This document shows, one piece after another, positions 47,294 through 57,442 of a stretch of 64,000 nt of DNA. Under the pieces are notes generated by a model. The model saw only the letters and a list, made by a program, of their open reading frames with translations. It made no database searches and was not told the origin of the DNA. The translations under genes and the position numbers were made by a program. The stretch is taken from IMG/VR virus record IMGVR_UViG_3300025892_000009. One strand, given 5' to 3'. The stretch's first letter is position 1, and each line of letters opens with the position of its first letter. Source of the stretch: a virus.

Positions 47294-47847
47294 TAACTAA
47301 GTCTCTTATCGCGAGTATTCAATTCACCTTGTCGGATTTCATATCCAAGATATCTAAATTGGACTGATGCCATGGCATACTCTGTGCCATCAATTGTAGC
47401 ATTAAATTCGAGTGCTGACAAACTTATAGGGAATAAGTCTTTAAACACCACGTTAAAATTCATGTTGAAGTTACTGTTGAGCACAGTCAACGTGCCATCA
47501 GCATATAGATCATTGTTTCCAAATAGTGCTTGCATCTTTGTGCGATACTCGGATCTTTCAAAGACCGTATCTGGAGTACCTAGACCACGCAACCAGTTGT
47601 GGAGAATCATAAAATTTTCAAGATCCTCATCAATAATAAATTGAAGTTGGAAAGGATCATATTCTGCAAACCCTTCTATTGGCAATCCACGCAGCGGTGT
47701 AGATTGATTTGCTACGTTGACGTTAATAGAAGGGATGTTTGCTGACTGAGCAAAGTAGGCAATCTTTGGGAAACGAGCTAAACTAAACTTAAATCCAATT
47801 GGAGATAAGAAGTTTTGATTCTCAATCTGTTTATTCCAGGTTGCCAT
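47293..47847 (-). CDS. gp3: Tail completion / sheath stabiliser (gp3-like)
   Basis: NFLSPIGFKF...IDEDLENF...DLFPISLS; GATAAATA box at 47876-47869. Confidence 0.88.
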   Translation of the reverse strand: MATWNKQIENQNFLSPIGFKFSLARFPKIAYFAQSANIPSINVNVANQSTPLRGLPIEGFAEYDPFQLQFIIDEDLENFMILHNWLRGLGTPDTVFERSEYRTKMQALFGNNDLYADGTLTVLNSNFNMNFNVVFKDLFPISLSALEFNATIDGTEYAMASVQFRYLGYEIRQGELNTRDKRLS

Positions 47848-47867
47848 AAGACATACTATGCTACATC

Positions 47868-48035
47868 TTATTTATCTTCATTATGCCAGAAGTCTTCCCA
47901 GTCTTCTTTAGTTACTTCTACTTCCTTCCAACTTCCACCAACACCACCATCCATGTTGACGACAATATCTTTATCTGGTTTGATACCTTCTGGAAGTAGA
48001 TCATCAATAAAATCTAAGTCTCTCATGTGCGCCAT
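47868..48035 (-). CDS. Small acidic hypothetical protein (55 aa)
   Basis: Not in track. MAHMRDLDFIDDLLPEGIKPDKDIVVNMDGGVGGSWKEVEVTKEDWEDFWHNEDK. Confidence 0.65.
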   Translation of the reverse strand: MAHMRDLDFIDDLLPEGIKPDKDIVVNMDGGVGGSWKEVEVTKEDWEDFWHNEDK

Positions 48036-48187
48036 TCTTGTAGGATGTTTAAGACTTCATTATAGGCATTATGAGCACCTTTGTGGAATTCTTCATTTTT
48101 ATTTTCAGATTCCCGATCATACAATGATGTCTTCAACTTATGTATCCTACATTCTAATTCATTTTTATTCATAGGATTTCTAGGCAT
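48023..48187 (-). CDS. Small hypothetical protein (54 aa)
   Basis: Not in track. MPRNPMNKNELECRIHKLKTSLYDRESENKNEEFHKGAHNAYNEVLNILQEWRT; GAGGA RBS. Confidence 0.7.
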   Translation of the reverse strand: MPRNPMNKNELECRIHKLKTSLYDRESENKNEEFHKGAHNAYNEVLNILQEWRT

Positions 48188-48215
48188 ACTGTCCTCACAT
48201 TATACAGTATTTAAC

Positions 48216-48239
48216 AAAAAAGCACCCACTAGGGGTGCT
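48216..48239 (-). terminator. Rho-independent terminator
   Basis: AGCACCC-CTAGT-GGGTGCT-TTTTT. Confidence 0.8.
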
Positions 48240-48266
48240 GTCACAGGGTTTACTGTTAGGACATTC

Positions 48267-48425
48267 TCATATAAGTAACTCCTTACAGATTTTTTTACAT
48301 GATGTATGATTTTGAATATCGCACTCAATTAGGCATTCATAATAATCATTTAAGTTTGCCTCTTCAACAGTTTCCTCAAAATGTCTCCACTCGTTGAGTT
48401 GATTTCTTGATGTTAAATTGTGCAT
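48267..48425 (-). CDS. Small Cys-rich protein (52 aa)
   Basis: Not in track. MHNLTSRNQLNEWRHFEETVEEANLNDYYECLIECDIQNHTSCKKICKELLI; GGTGG RBS; CTAAATA at 48501-48495. Confidence 0.75.
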   Translation of the reverse strand: MHNLTSRNQLNEWRHFEETVEEANLNDYYECLIECDIQNHTSCKKICKELLI

Positions 48426-48534
48426 TTCTTCCACCTTAAGTTTAAAATATAATGTAAAGGATTTTCAGATCATGGTAGTCTCTAATTCTGTTACTATTTA
48501 GTCAGCGTATGCTAACTTAATGAAGAAAAGGCAC

Positions 48535-48560
48535 AAAAAAAGAGACCCCGTAGGGTCTCT
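48535..48560 (-). terminator. Terminator after gp23
   Basis: AGAGACCC-TACG-GGGTCTCT-TTTTTT. Confidence 0.88.
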
Positions 48561-48580
48561 GTGAAGATTGTGATCTCTGA

Positions 48581-49948
48581 TCACATGAGGTTGGTAACCT
48601 TAACGCGACGGTAGTAGCGGTTGAGGTTAGCATTGAGAGCGCCTTGACCCTGTGTGAGACCTTCAGCGAAGGGATTTGCGACCATGCCGTAGCGGGTCTT
48701 AAATCCGATCTTGGGTTGGAAGGTGTCCTGACCCACTGCACGGACCATCTGGAGAGGCACGTAAGGGCAGTAGAAGAGACCTGCGTCATAAGCACTGCTG
48801 CCTTTGTAACCAGACACGTAGAAGTGGTTATCGGAAACGTTAGCAGAGTAAGGATCGACATACACCTTGATGCGACCGTTGAGGGTGCCCACCAGAGTGG
48901 AGGAGTTGTCGTCAACTTGACCCAATCCACCAACAGCACCAGAGATGCCACTGGAGTAGTCGAGCACGCCAGCCATGGAGAGAGCAGATGCCACATCAGC
49001 AGAGCAGATGAGGATGTTGCCTTTCCCGCGACGAGTCTCATGACCGATTGCATTCATGTCTCTCTCAATTTGGAAGAGAAGACCTTTGAATTTCTCAACA
49101 GACCAGCGACCGTTGGAGTCAACGTCGAGGTCAAACGTGCCTGCAGTTGCAGTGTTGTTCTGAGCACCAGGACGAGCAATCTTGTAAACAGTACGGACAA
49201 CCTCACGGTTGATCTCTGCCAGCACTTCAGTGCTGAGGATGTTTGCAAGCTCGCTTTCGGCATCCAGACCATGGACTGCCTTAAGGTCCTGAGCAAGCTC
49301 AAGACTGTATTCTGCTTTCAGAGCGCGTGACTTCGCAGTAACGGTGACCTTCTCGATCGAGAAGCCCATTTCGTTGAAGTGGTTGGAAGCGCCATCACCC
49401 AGTGCTTCAGACTGAGCGGTTGTCATGCCCTGACCACCAATGGTGTAGTTACCAGCAGCGTCAGCAAGCAGACCAGGATTAGATCCAGTCTGAGTGTTGG
49501 ATGCAAGACCGTTTGCACTATTCTCGGAAGAATGCTCAGAGTTAGCTTCGTTGAAGAATGCCTCAACAGCACTGTTGTTGATGTCTCTGTTGGTGCCCTG
49601 TGTGGAGCGCATCGCGAAGATGAGTCCAGTAGGACCTGTCATAGGCTGGACGCCACAGATGTCATAAGCAATAAGCTTAGGCATCGAGCGACGGATGAGA
49701 CTGATCAGCACAGGGTCGAAACCTGCAACAGGACCAGTTGCGGTGCTACCGCCACTGAAACCAGTACCGCCCAAGCTGTTGGTAGGTGCTGCTTCGTTGA
49801 TCATCCCACGCTCTTCGCGGAGGAAATTTTCTTGGTTTTCCAGGAGGACCGAGGTAACCGCCTTTCTGTATGAATCCTTAATAGGATCGAGCTCCGAATG
49901 CTCAAGAATGGGGTTCCACTTTTCCTGGAGATGTTCTGCGTTAAACAT
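48581..49948 (-). CDS. gp23: Major capsid protein (gp23)
   Basis: GVQPMTGPTGLIFAMR, KSRALKAEYS.ELAQDLKA.HGLDAE.EL, YCPYVPL, FQPKIGFKTRYG. Confidence 0.99.
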   Translation of the reverse strand: MFNAEHLQEKWNPILEHSELDPIKDSYRKAVTSVLLENQENFLREERGMINEAAPTNSLGGTGFSGGSTATGPVAGFDPVLISLIRRSMPKLIAYDICGVQPMTGPTGLIFAMRSTQGTNRDINNSAVEAFFNEANSEHSSENSANGLASNTQTGSNPGLLADAAGNYTIGGQGMTTAQSEALGDGASNHFNEMGFSIEKVTVTAKSRALKAEYSLELAQDLKAVHGLDAESELANILSTEVLAEINREVVRTVYKIARPGAQNNTATAGTFDLDVDSNGRWSVEKFKGLLFQIERDMNAIGHETRRGKGNILICSADVASALSMAGVLDYSSGISGAVGGLGQVDDNSSTLVGTLNGRIKVYVDPYSANVSDNHFYVSGYKGSSAYDAGLFYCPYVPLQMVRAVGQDTFQPKIGFKTRYGMVANPFAEGLTQGQGALNANLNRYYRRVKVTNLM

Positions 49949-49986
49949 TGGATCTCCTAGTTATTCTTTGGAATTTGGATTAGTAA

Positions 49987-51027
49987 TTACTTGCCCCAAC
50001 GGGACAGTGCCTGGACATAGACAGACATTGACTCATTGATAGGACCATTCTCAACTTGCACATCCTCAGTTACGGTAGTAACTTCTGGTTTTGTTGAGAA
50101 ATATGATTCACGGAGGGTAGAAACTTTCTCACGGAATGCTTCTTCATTTTCAAACTCAACAGCTTCTGCCAAGGATCCGAGTTTCTCACGCTGAGTGAGA
50201 CTCAAACCTTCGGAGATTTCTGTCACAATCCCATTCTTGATATAGTTGCCGACGCTCTTATTGAGACCGACGTTTTCTTCAATAGACTCGTTGAGTTTTG
50301 TTTCCATGGTCTGAAGTTGCTCTTGCATTTCGTCTACAAGATCAACTTTCTCGTCGGGAAGATCGATGAAATTCTCGACGAAAACTTGCTTGATTCCGCT
50401 CAATACAGACTCAGCCATCTCAGACTTAATGCCGTGCTCGACCGCGAGCTCGTTATTCTTCATCCAATTGGATACGGCATAAGTGAGATACTCATCAACT
50501 GATTCAGCCAGTTGAGTCTTGACGGTATCAATTTCTTCTTCAAGGACCTTTGCATAGTCCTCGTGCATACGCTCCAGTTCTTCATTGATTCTGGAAACGA
50601 CCGCTGCTTCAAAGATAGTCTTTGCTTTCTCTTTGAATTCTTCGGTAAGGTCTTCACCTTCTGTGAGTGCAGCAACATCAGCAGACAGATCCACCTCAAT
50701 GACGGTCTCTGTTGATGCTTCTGTTTCTGCGATCACTTCGCCCTCAGGCTCATGACCTGCCTTTACATCACCCTTAGCAGCAAATTCTGCTTTAGCGCCA
50801 GATGCATCAGAAGGCTTAGTTGTAGGAGCCGAAGCAAACCCACCAACTACAGTCTTCATCTTATTGCTGTCGTCATCAGGCTTACTGTTAAAGGGTGTTG
50901 GACCTCCGAGGTCTTGTACTCCAGCGAGACTACTACCGTCAGAACCCAGTTTTTGCTGAGGGTCGGCAGGTTTAGCGCCAGCAGTTACACTCGATTCATC
51001 CAGAGTTGTTTCAATCTCTTGTGACAT
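49987..51027 (-). CDS. gp22: Prohead core scaffold protein (gp22)
   Basis: EEFKEKAKTIFEAAV...YAV.NW..N; TATAAATA at 51074-51067. Confidence 0.92.
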   Translation of the reverse strand: MSQEIETTLDESSVTAGAKPADPQQKLGSDGSSLAGVQDLGGPTPFNSKPDDDSNKMKTVVGGFASAPTTKPSDASGAKAEFAAKGDVKAGHEPEGEVIAETEASTETVIEVDLSADVAALTEGEDLTEEFKEKAKTIFEAAVVSRINEELERMHEDYAKVLEEEIDTVKTQLAESVDEYLTYAVSNWMKNNELAVEHGIKSEMAESVLSGIKQVFVENFIDLPDEKVDLVDEMQEQLQTMETKLNESIEENVGLNKSVGNYIKNGIVTEISEGLSLTQREKLGSLAEAVEFENEEAFREKVSTLRESYFSTKPEVTTVTEDVQVENGPINESMSVYVQALSRWGK

Positions 51028-51075
51028 TATAGTCTCCGTGGTACAAACGTGCGATTTGCTATGAATTATTTATAC

Positions 51076-51723
51076 TTATAAATTTTTCAGGAATTGATGA
51101 AACGCGGAAAGTTTCATTTCTTCTAACTGATTTTGGTGGGCATTGTCAATTCTATGTTTGATTTGCTCAATGCTTTGCTCTCGGACTGCGCCTCCAGCAA
51201 GTACCCACTCCCTACCTTCCATAATGCCATTCACAAAAGCATCTGGTGCAGATGGATCTGCTACAATATCTGCAGCAGTTGCCAGCATGAAGTCGTCTGC
51301 GACAACTTTCATTCCATTTTCTTCTCTAATAGATCCTAAACCTCTAGAAGAGACGCCAAGTTTCACACCCTCATCGAGCAGAGACTTAGCAATGTTACCC
51401 ATAGGGGTATCAAGAATACGTGCTTTACCCATAAAATTATTACCCTCTCTTGTTAGAGATGTAATAAGATGAGAGACGCGATCAAGATTAAGAGTAGGAC
51501 CATCGGGATGACCCAACTCACCAAGTGCGCGACCTTTGGTAATGTAGTTCTCATTATATTTATAGACTTCTCTTTCGAGAGTTTCTACAGGATACATTCT
51601 ACCGTTACGGTTTTTGATTGCACCTTGAAGAAAAACCCCTTCGATGAAGTGATTCTTCTTACCATTTTTGCCCTCAGTAATAACTACTTTGGCAGTTTCA
51701 ATTTCTTCCCTAATCAGTTTCAT
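51076..51723 (-). CDS. gp21: Prohead protease (gp21)
   Basis: IKNRNGRMYP, GELGHP, GVSSRG.GS, DIVADPSAPDA. Confidence 0.96.
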   Translation of the reverse strand: MKLIREEIETAKVVITEGKNGKKNHFIEGVFLQGAIKNRNGRMYPVETLEREVYKYNENYITKGRALGELGHPDGPTLNLDRVSHLITSLTREGNNFMGKARILDTPMGNIAKSLLDEGVKLGVSSRGLGSIREENGMKVVADDFMLATAADIVADPSAPDAFVNGIMEGREWVLAGGAVREQSIEQIKHRIDNAHQNQLEEMKLSAFHQFLKNL

Positions 51724-51934
51724 TGTTTTCCTCTGGTGGTGCAGCGTCTACAGGTTGCTCAGTATTCTCAGGACCGTCTTCCTGTGGGGCAAATAGTTTT
51801 GCTCCCATTTCTTTTTTCTTCGCATCAATCTGGTCAACAGCAACATTTTTCATTGCAGTATCAACAAAATCTGAAAGATCTTTTTGACCTGCAAACAAAG
51901 CATTTACAATATCAAGCGCGGAATCGGTAGGCAT
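51710..51934 (-). CDS. Probable prohead core protein (gp67/68 position)
   Basis: 74-aa acidic ORF between portal and protease; CTAAATA at 51963-51957. Confidence 0.7.
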   Translation of the reverse strand: MPTDSALDIVNALFAGQKDLSDFVDTAMKNVAVDQIDAKKKEMGAKLFAPQEDGPENTEQPVDAAPPEENNETD

Positions 51935-51959
51935 AATTAAAATTAATTTGTAATACTAT

Positions 51960-53564
51960 TTAGATATTTCCTTTTTCATAGTCAGCGGGATCCAATCCTT
52001 CTTCCTCTTCAGGTTCAGGAGGTTGCAGACTTAGTGCCATTTGCTCATGCTCCATTTGCTGCATTGCCATTGGATCAATGAGTTTCCCATCATCAATTTC
52101 TTTCGACATCTGCTTGTCGATCTCATTCAACTCAGCATCAGTTTGGCGCAATATTTGACGCCGAAGATATTCCAATGAGAAATACTTACCAGCAAAGGGA
52201 TCCATCTGCTGCAGAAGAGCAAGACGAGCATTCATAATCTCTTGCTCTTTCAACTCACTGAAGTAGTTGTCGGCAACAAAATCAAATTGGATGTGCTCTT
52301 TCATGTCATCCCACTCTTCAAGAGTGGCGACACCTTTCAACACAAGTTGTGTTTTTAAAATGTCAAGGAAGAGGTCACTAAACCTCTTGCGAAGTCTAAT
52401 AACAAATTTTTGGAATTTTACTTCATCGCGGGTGATCTCTGCAGACCTACCAACGTTAAATGATGTATCTGATTCTAAACGTGACTCAGGTACGTTGAGT
52501 GATCTGTAAAGTTTCTTCTGGAAATACTTGACATCCTCCAACTCGCCTAGGTTTTGTCCACCAGGAAGAGTAGTAATTTCTGTGCCGCGTCCACCCTCTC
52601 TACGAGGTAGCCAGAAGTCTTCTAGCATAGACATGAATTTTTTATCATCACGAATCTCACCAGTGTCAGCGTTATACACCAACTTGTTTCTATAGCGAGA
52701 CATTACCTCACGAAGGTATTGCTCAGCTTTTTGTTTGGGGAGATTACCAACATCAATATAGAAAATACGACGCTCAGGTGCTCTACTTAAACGATAGATC
52801 ACCAAAGAGTCTTCAATCATTCGCAGTTGATTGACTGCTTTAATTGCTTTGTGGAGGTGTGACAGCACATAGTTGCGCTGCATATCAACTTGCCCTGAAT
52901 GGGTAAAGCAAATTGCATCAGGTGCAATTTTGATCCCATGATTCTCATACCCACGAAGACCTTTGGGTGAGTAGATAAAATACTCAATTGCTTTAGGGAC
53001 AAGAGTATTCATTGCAGGATCTGAAGGTGACAACCTATCCTTAGGCTTGTCATACTCAATAACCTTTTTGATCTTGCGAGGATCGATATATCTTAACTCT
53101 GTAATTCCTTCGGCAGGATTATCAGGGTTGATCATCTTATGATAAAAGAGGCGACCGTCGATATACCAACGACGGAAAATATCATACGCCTTCCTATCAA
53201 AGTCAAGGAGTGAAAGTACATTCCCAAACTCTTCTCTAATTCTTGTCTTGACGGTATTTGAAACTTTGAGATTAGATAACTCAATGTCTACAGGATGATC
53301 GTCAAGGTCACCTGCAATTGCTTCATTTACAATATCTGCAATTGCGGCATCTGCTTCTGGATGAAGTGACATCTCGCGGTATCTACCGACAAGATCAACT
53401 TCACTAGATTTATTAGCAGAATCTCCAAGGTCAACGTATTGACCAAAATAACCGCCAGCGGCTATGGGTTGGGCAGCATCGTCAGAATCTTTATGCACGA
53501 AAGAAGGACCCTTGTTGGAGTCCTTCTTCTTGCGATCAAGTGAATAACCAAATAGTTGTGACAT
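51960..53564 (-). CDS. gp20: Portal protein (gp20)
   Basis: FRRWYIDGR, YR.SRAPERRIFYIDVG, EDFWLPRREGGRGTEI.TLPG; TATAAATA at 53597-53590. Confidence 0.98.
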   Translation of the reverse strand: MSQLFGYSLDRKKKDSNKGPSFVHKDSDDAAQPIAAGGYFGQYVDLGDSANKSSEVDLVGRYREMSLHPEADAAIADIVNEAIAGDLDDHPVDIELSNLKVSNTVKTRIREEFGNVLSLLDFDRKAYDIFRRWYIDGRLFYHKMINPDNPAEGITELRYIDPRKIKKVIEYDKPKDRLSPSDPAMNTLVPKAIEYFIYSPKGLRGYENHGIKIAPDAICFTHSGQVDMQRNYVLSHLHKAIKAVNQLRMIEDSLVIYRLSRAPERRIFYIDVGNLPKQKAEQYLREVMSRYRNKLVYNADTGEIRDDKKFMSMLEDFWLPRREGGRGTEITTLPGGQNLGELEDVKYFQKKLYRSLNVPESRLESDTSFNVGRSAEITRDEVKFQKFVIRLRKRFSDLFLDILKTQLVLKGVATLEEWDDMKEHIQFDFVADNYFSELKEQEIMNARLALLQQMDPFAGKYFSLEYLRRQILRQTDAELNEIDKQMSKEIDDGKLIDPMAMQQMEHEQMALSLQPPEPEEEEGLDPADYEKGNI

Positions 53565-53604
53565 TGCTGTCTCGTGTTACATTATCAATTATTTATAATA
53601 AATA

Positions 53605-54288
53605 TCAGACTGCATTTCCAGCATTGACATCGCTAGCATAAGTCCAGTATTGTACCTGGAATTCTACTGTATACTCTTCTGCTGTATCGTTGCTATCCCA
53701 TGCCAGGTCAATGGCAGAGATATTAGAAGGCCAAATGCCTTCAAACAAATACGTTCTGACTGCACCACCTTGGCGATCATACTGACGCACGTATGCGTTA
53801 GCTTGATACTCAGCAATGGTGCGAGGATCCTGCAGGTTTTGCTGCAGTGCCTGGATTCTGGTGGACCACTCTTCAAATTTGGAGCGAAGTGCAAAACCTT
53901 GATCGTTAAGCACAGTCACTGTCCAAGGTTCGAAGGTGCGATCACCAGCGATCTTGAGTGTGCGACCTCTGTAAGGCACTTCAATCACACCCACTGTAGA
54001 AGCGGGGATGTTTGCTGCCTTCACGAGGAAGGTGGACAAAGACAGCGAAGAGCTGCCACTGCCTGCTTGAGAAGCACCAGCAGATTCTTGAGACCTCTGC
54101 TCCTGAGAGCCAGGGGTGGCACCCGATGCAGGGGTGCCAGAATCTACGATGCCAGGGAAACCGATTTCAACTTGAAATAGGTTGGGGCGTGCCAGGTCAC
54201 CAATACGGTTACGGAAGTCAAAGATAGGTGCATTAATTTGTTTCCCTTCCGTTTGCCCTGGATAGACAGATGAATCGAATTGAGCCAT
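53605..54288 (-). CDS. gp19: Tail tube protein (gp19)
   Basis: ARPNLF.V, RGRTLKIAGDRTFEPWTVTV.ND, WPS.IS.IDL. Confidence 0.95.
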   Translation of the reverse strand: MAQFDSSVYPGQTEGKQINAPIFDFRNRIGDLARPNLFQVEIGFPGIVDSGTPASGATPGSQEQRSQESAGASQAGSGSSSLSLSTFLVKAANIPASTVGVIEVPYRGRTLKIAGDRTFEPWTVTVLNDQGFALRSKFEEWSTRIQALQQNLQDPRTIAEYQANAYVRQYDRQGGAVRTYLFEGIWPSNISAIDLAWDSNDTAEEYTVEFQVQYWTYASDVNAGNAV

Positions 54289-54327
54289 TGAATGTTACTC
54301 CTGTTTGATGATAATAGGAAAGGGTAG

Positions 54328-57099
54328 TTACGAAACGATTTCAGCGAAACTTGCGCCAGTTCTCGTTGCGGTGAATGTGAGAGAGATGAAGTTAATCGAG
54401 CGGGTAGGCTTAATGAAGATCTCAGCAAAGAATTCGCCACGGTCAATAGCATCTGCAGGGTTGTTGGTGCCGTCGCAAACTACAAGGAAGTCTACGATAC
54501 CACGACGGGATTGCACCGAGCGGAGGAAAGGCTCAACAGTATTCTTGAATTGTTGACGAGTAAATTCATCATTCAATTCAAACAGGATGGACTTGGCAGA
54601 ATCTGAGATTGCTTCTTCAATTACGAGGAAGAGACGACGGACATTGATCCGATCGAATGCAGACTGGAATCCCAGACCTGTCTTATCACCAAAGAGCACA
54701 ATTCCTTGTCCAGGGAATGCTACGATTGGATTCACTCTGGCAGCATATAGGAGATCTCTATGATCCTTGAGTGGTGAGTATGCAAGTTTAATTGCATTTC
54801 TCAGACGACCACGGTTGAAACCAGCAGGAGAGAACCAAGGCTCGGAATTGAGAGTTGCACTCAAGACCAGACCTGCCATATCAGCATTACATGGGAGATA
54901 ACGATAAACATCGTTATACTTGTCGTAGATATACTTGTAGTTGTTATCAAAGACAGCATACGAAGATGATGTCAGTTGATCGTAGTAGTTGACTGTCCGA
55001 GAAACAATCGTTGCAGTATTTGCTTGTCCAACAACATCTGGCTTATAGGGCGAGATGAATGCCATACAATCTTTACGTTGCTCTGCAATCGAGATGATGT
55101 GCTGTGCCTTAGCAACTGTATCAGCACTGCTATTCATCGAAGGACCCATCAGGATGTAGTCCAGTTCCACTGTTTCAGCATCGTTGAAGAGGCTGTATGC
55201 ACCGAGAATGTCAGGACGTGAGATGGTATAACCATCAACACCACCTTGCAGTGAATAACGTAACGTTGCGCGATTCTTAGTACCTAGGAGAGGCTCTGCT
55301 AATGGATTAAGTCCTGTAGGATCATCCAAGTTGTTAAGAGACTCAGCAGACTTGATCAGGTCAAACTCTTTGTTGACACCTGAGATACCCCAAGCACCAT
55401 TAGTGGTAGTGTCCTTATCATAGATGTTAGCAGTCTCATGAGCACCCCAATAGAGGTAGTTGGAATACGTCTTAATAGCATCCTTATAGTAAATGTTATC
55501 ACCTTGAGGTGATCTAGCATCATTTGCCTTAGAAACATTGAGATGCTTCTCAAGCAGAGCACCAGGAGATCCTGTCAGGGATCCGTCGCCATCGAGGACG
55601 AGGATGTGCATCAGGTCATTGTGACCGCCACGATCAGACACCCATGCGGATGTTGTAGGACGAGCAGCGATATTAGACCAACGCTGACCCTTGCCATAGA
55701 GACGGGTCTCATAATCGGAATCTACGTTAGCAACCTGCAAACTTGCAGCGTTAGCATCGGTAATAGTTTGGTTTGCTTGGAATTGAGGTGATCCTTGATT
55801 CAGAGCAACACGCAATTCGCGAGAAATTGCTTCAACATCACCACTATCTCCAGTTGCACTACCAGCAGATCCGCTGTTGTTTGCCAACTCGGAAATGGTA
55901 TCGTTAACTTCCAAGATATCGGAAGATGTGCCATCAACTGTAATTTCCAGTTTACGTGTTACAGGATCCCATGCAACAATTCTTCCAGTGAAACCACCAG
56001 AAACGGCAGTGATGAAATTATCTTTTTCAAAAGATCCGATCAATGTCGAATCATTCTTGAGGGTTACAGTGAAGGTGTAACTATAAACTTTACCGTAGAT
56101 GTTAGCAGAAGAGTATGCAACTTCAGCGTTGTTGGTAAATTCCCACTCAGTAGTAGTAGGGGCTGCCAAATACAGGACCTGATCAGGACCAGCATCGGTC
56201 ATTACAACACGAACTGAGTTGCCATACTTACCAGCAGTTTTAGATGCCCACTTCCAGTTGTTTGCTGCATTTTCTACACTGGTTTCATACTCAGCCTGAT
56301 TTTTGATCAGAGGAGCAGCAACACCAGTTGCAGTAGATTCTGCAACTTCGGTCTTGTTAGTAGTTACAGTTTGAAGAGTAACAGATGATGCATCGGTGTG
56401 TGCGCTAGCAGTAGATCCCAATACGCCACGAGTGACGCTAAGGTTATTTCCAGAAACACCTGTGATCTGCAAAAACTCGTCATCAATTCTGATGTAGGAG
56501 TTAGTGCCACCAGCAAGAGCAGTAGCAGAAGTAACAGTCAGAGTAGCATCTGCTTCTGAGAAGGTGCCACCTTCGTTGACTGTGCTGCTAGTGCCTGCTG
56601 CTTCAATCAGAGTAATCTGAGATGCAGCAGCGTGGGATGCAGCAGATGTTGCCAACTCACCGCGAGAAACAACAACGTCGCTACCAGAAATGGATTGGAC
56701 AGTCATCAACTCGGAGTCAATGAGCAACACATCAGTAACATCAAAATCAGTAGAAGATAGCACTGTAAGAGTGGTATCTGATGCACTGAAAGAAGTAACC
56801 GTAAACTGAGCGGTGTCGATTGCGTTTTTGAGCGATGCATTCATCGCACGGACAAGTTTTAGTGTGCCACCATAGAGCAGATACTGCGCGGCGGAAAACC
56901 AATACTCGTAATTGTATTCGGTAGGGCGACCAAAAATAGCGAGAAGTTCCTTCTCACTTGTAACTGTTGTGATACTTTCTACGGGACCTTTTTCAAAGGC
57001 ACCAACCATAGCGGCTACGTTATCAACGGTAGCGTTTACGACGTTGGTTAGATCCCTTTCAAGTACAACAACCCCTGGTGAAAGCTGTGTAGATGCCAT
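54328..57099 (-). CDS. gp18: Tail sheath protein (gp18), enlarged
   Basis: SPGVVV.ERD, GDKT...SAFDRINVRRLF, FFAEIFIKPTRSINFI; CTAAATA at 57146-57140. Confidence 0.96.
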   Translation of the reverse strand: MASTQLSPGVVVLERDLTNVVNATVDNVAAMVGAFEKGPVESITTVTSEKELLAIFGRPTEYNYEYWFSAAQYLLYGGTLKLVRAMNASLKNAIDTAQFTVTSFSASDTTLTVLSSTDFDVTDVLLIDSELMTVQSISGSDVVVSRGELATSAASHAAASQITLIEAAGTSSTVNEGGTFSEADATLTVTSATALAGGTNSYIRIDDEFLQITGVSGNNLSVTRGVLGSTASAHTDASSVTLQTVTTNKTEVAESTATGVAAPLIKNQAEYETSVENAANNWKWASKTAGKYGNSVRVVMTDAGPDQVLYLAAPTTTEWEFTNNAEVAYSSANIYGKVYSYTFTVTLKNDSTLIGSFEKDNFITAVSGGFTGRIVAWDPVTRKLEITVDGTSSDILEVNDTISELANNSGSAGSATGDSGDVEAISRELRVALNQGSPQFQANQTITDANAASLQVANVDSDYETRLYGKGQRWSNIAARPTTSAWVSDRGGHNDLMHILVLDGDGSLTGSPGALLEKHLNVSKANDARSPQGDNIYYKDAIKTYSNYLYWGAHETANIYDKDTTTNGAWGISGVNKEFDLIKSAESLNNLDDPTGLNPLAEPLLGTKNRATLRYSLQGGVDGYTISRPDILGAYSLFNDAETVELDYILMGPSMNSSADTVAKAQHIISIAEQRKDCMAFISPYKPDVVGQANTATIVSRTVNYYDQLTSSSYAVFDNNYKYIYDKYNDVYRYLPCNADMAGLVLSATLNSEPWFSPAGFNRGRLRNAIKLAYSPLKDHRDLLYAARVNPIVAFPGQGIVLFGDKTGLGFQSAFDRINVRRLFLVIEEAISDSAKSILFELNDEFTRQQFKNTVEPFLRSVQSRRGIVDFLVVCDGTNNPADAIDRGEFFAEIFIKPTRSINFISLTFTATRTGASFAEIVS

Positions 57100-57187
57100 C
57101 TGTTAATCTCCTGAATTAATCAAGTTCGGATGCTGAAACTATTTAGAATAATGCGTTATTTCAGAGGGGAAACAGAGCAGGAACACA

Positions 57188-57442
57188 CTACCAATCAGGA
57201 TAAATGTCTGGTCCGAATCTAGGGACAGGATCGTATGGTATATCTGGTTTGCTCTTTCGGGATTGAGTTACTCTTTTTATAGTGCATGTCTTACACACAT
57301 ATGAGTATGCAGATGCATTCTTACCACGATCAGGACGACTCTTGTAAAAGTTATCAATCAAAGAAAGTGTACGTAAACATTTTCTACATCTCCTGTCAAC
57401 AAACAGAAAATGCTCTAACTCAAACTCATTCTGAAAGTCCAT
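57188..57442 (-). CDS. Small Zn-binding hypothetical protein
   Basis: CRKC...CKTC; coupled to the gp17 stop. Confidence 0.75.
   Translation of the reverse strand: MDFQNEFELEHFLFVDRRCRKCLRTLSLIDNFYKSRPDRGKNASAYSYVCKTCTIKRVTQSRKSKPDIPYDPVPRFGPDIYPDW

Noticed and set aside
48267-48425. CP12
   Set aside because: Lacks the AWDxVEEL core and the C-terminal CP12 Cys spacing.
48644-50039. Long plus-strand ORFs (228, 164 and 114 aa) antisense to gp23
   Set aside because: Expected from the strong codon bias of the major capsid gene; no expression signals.
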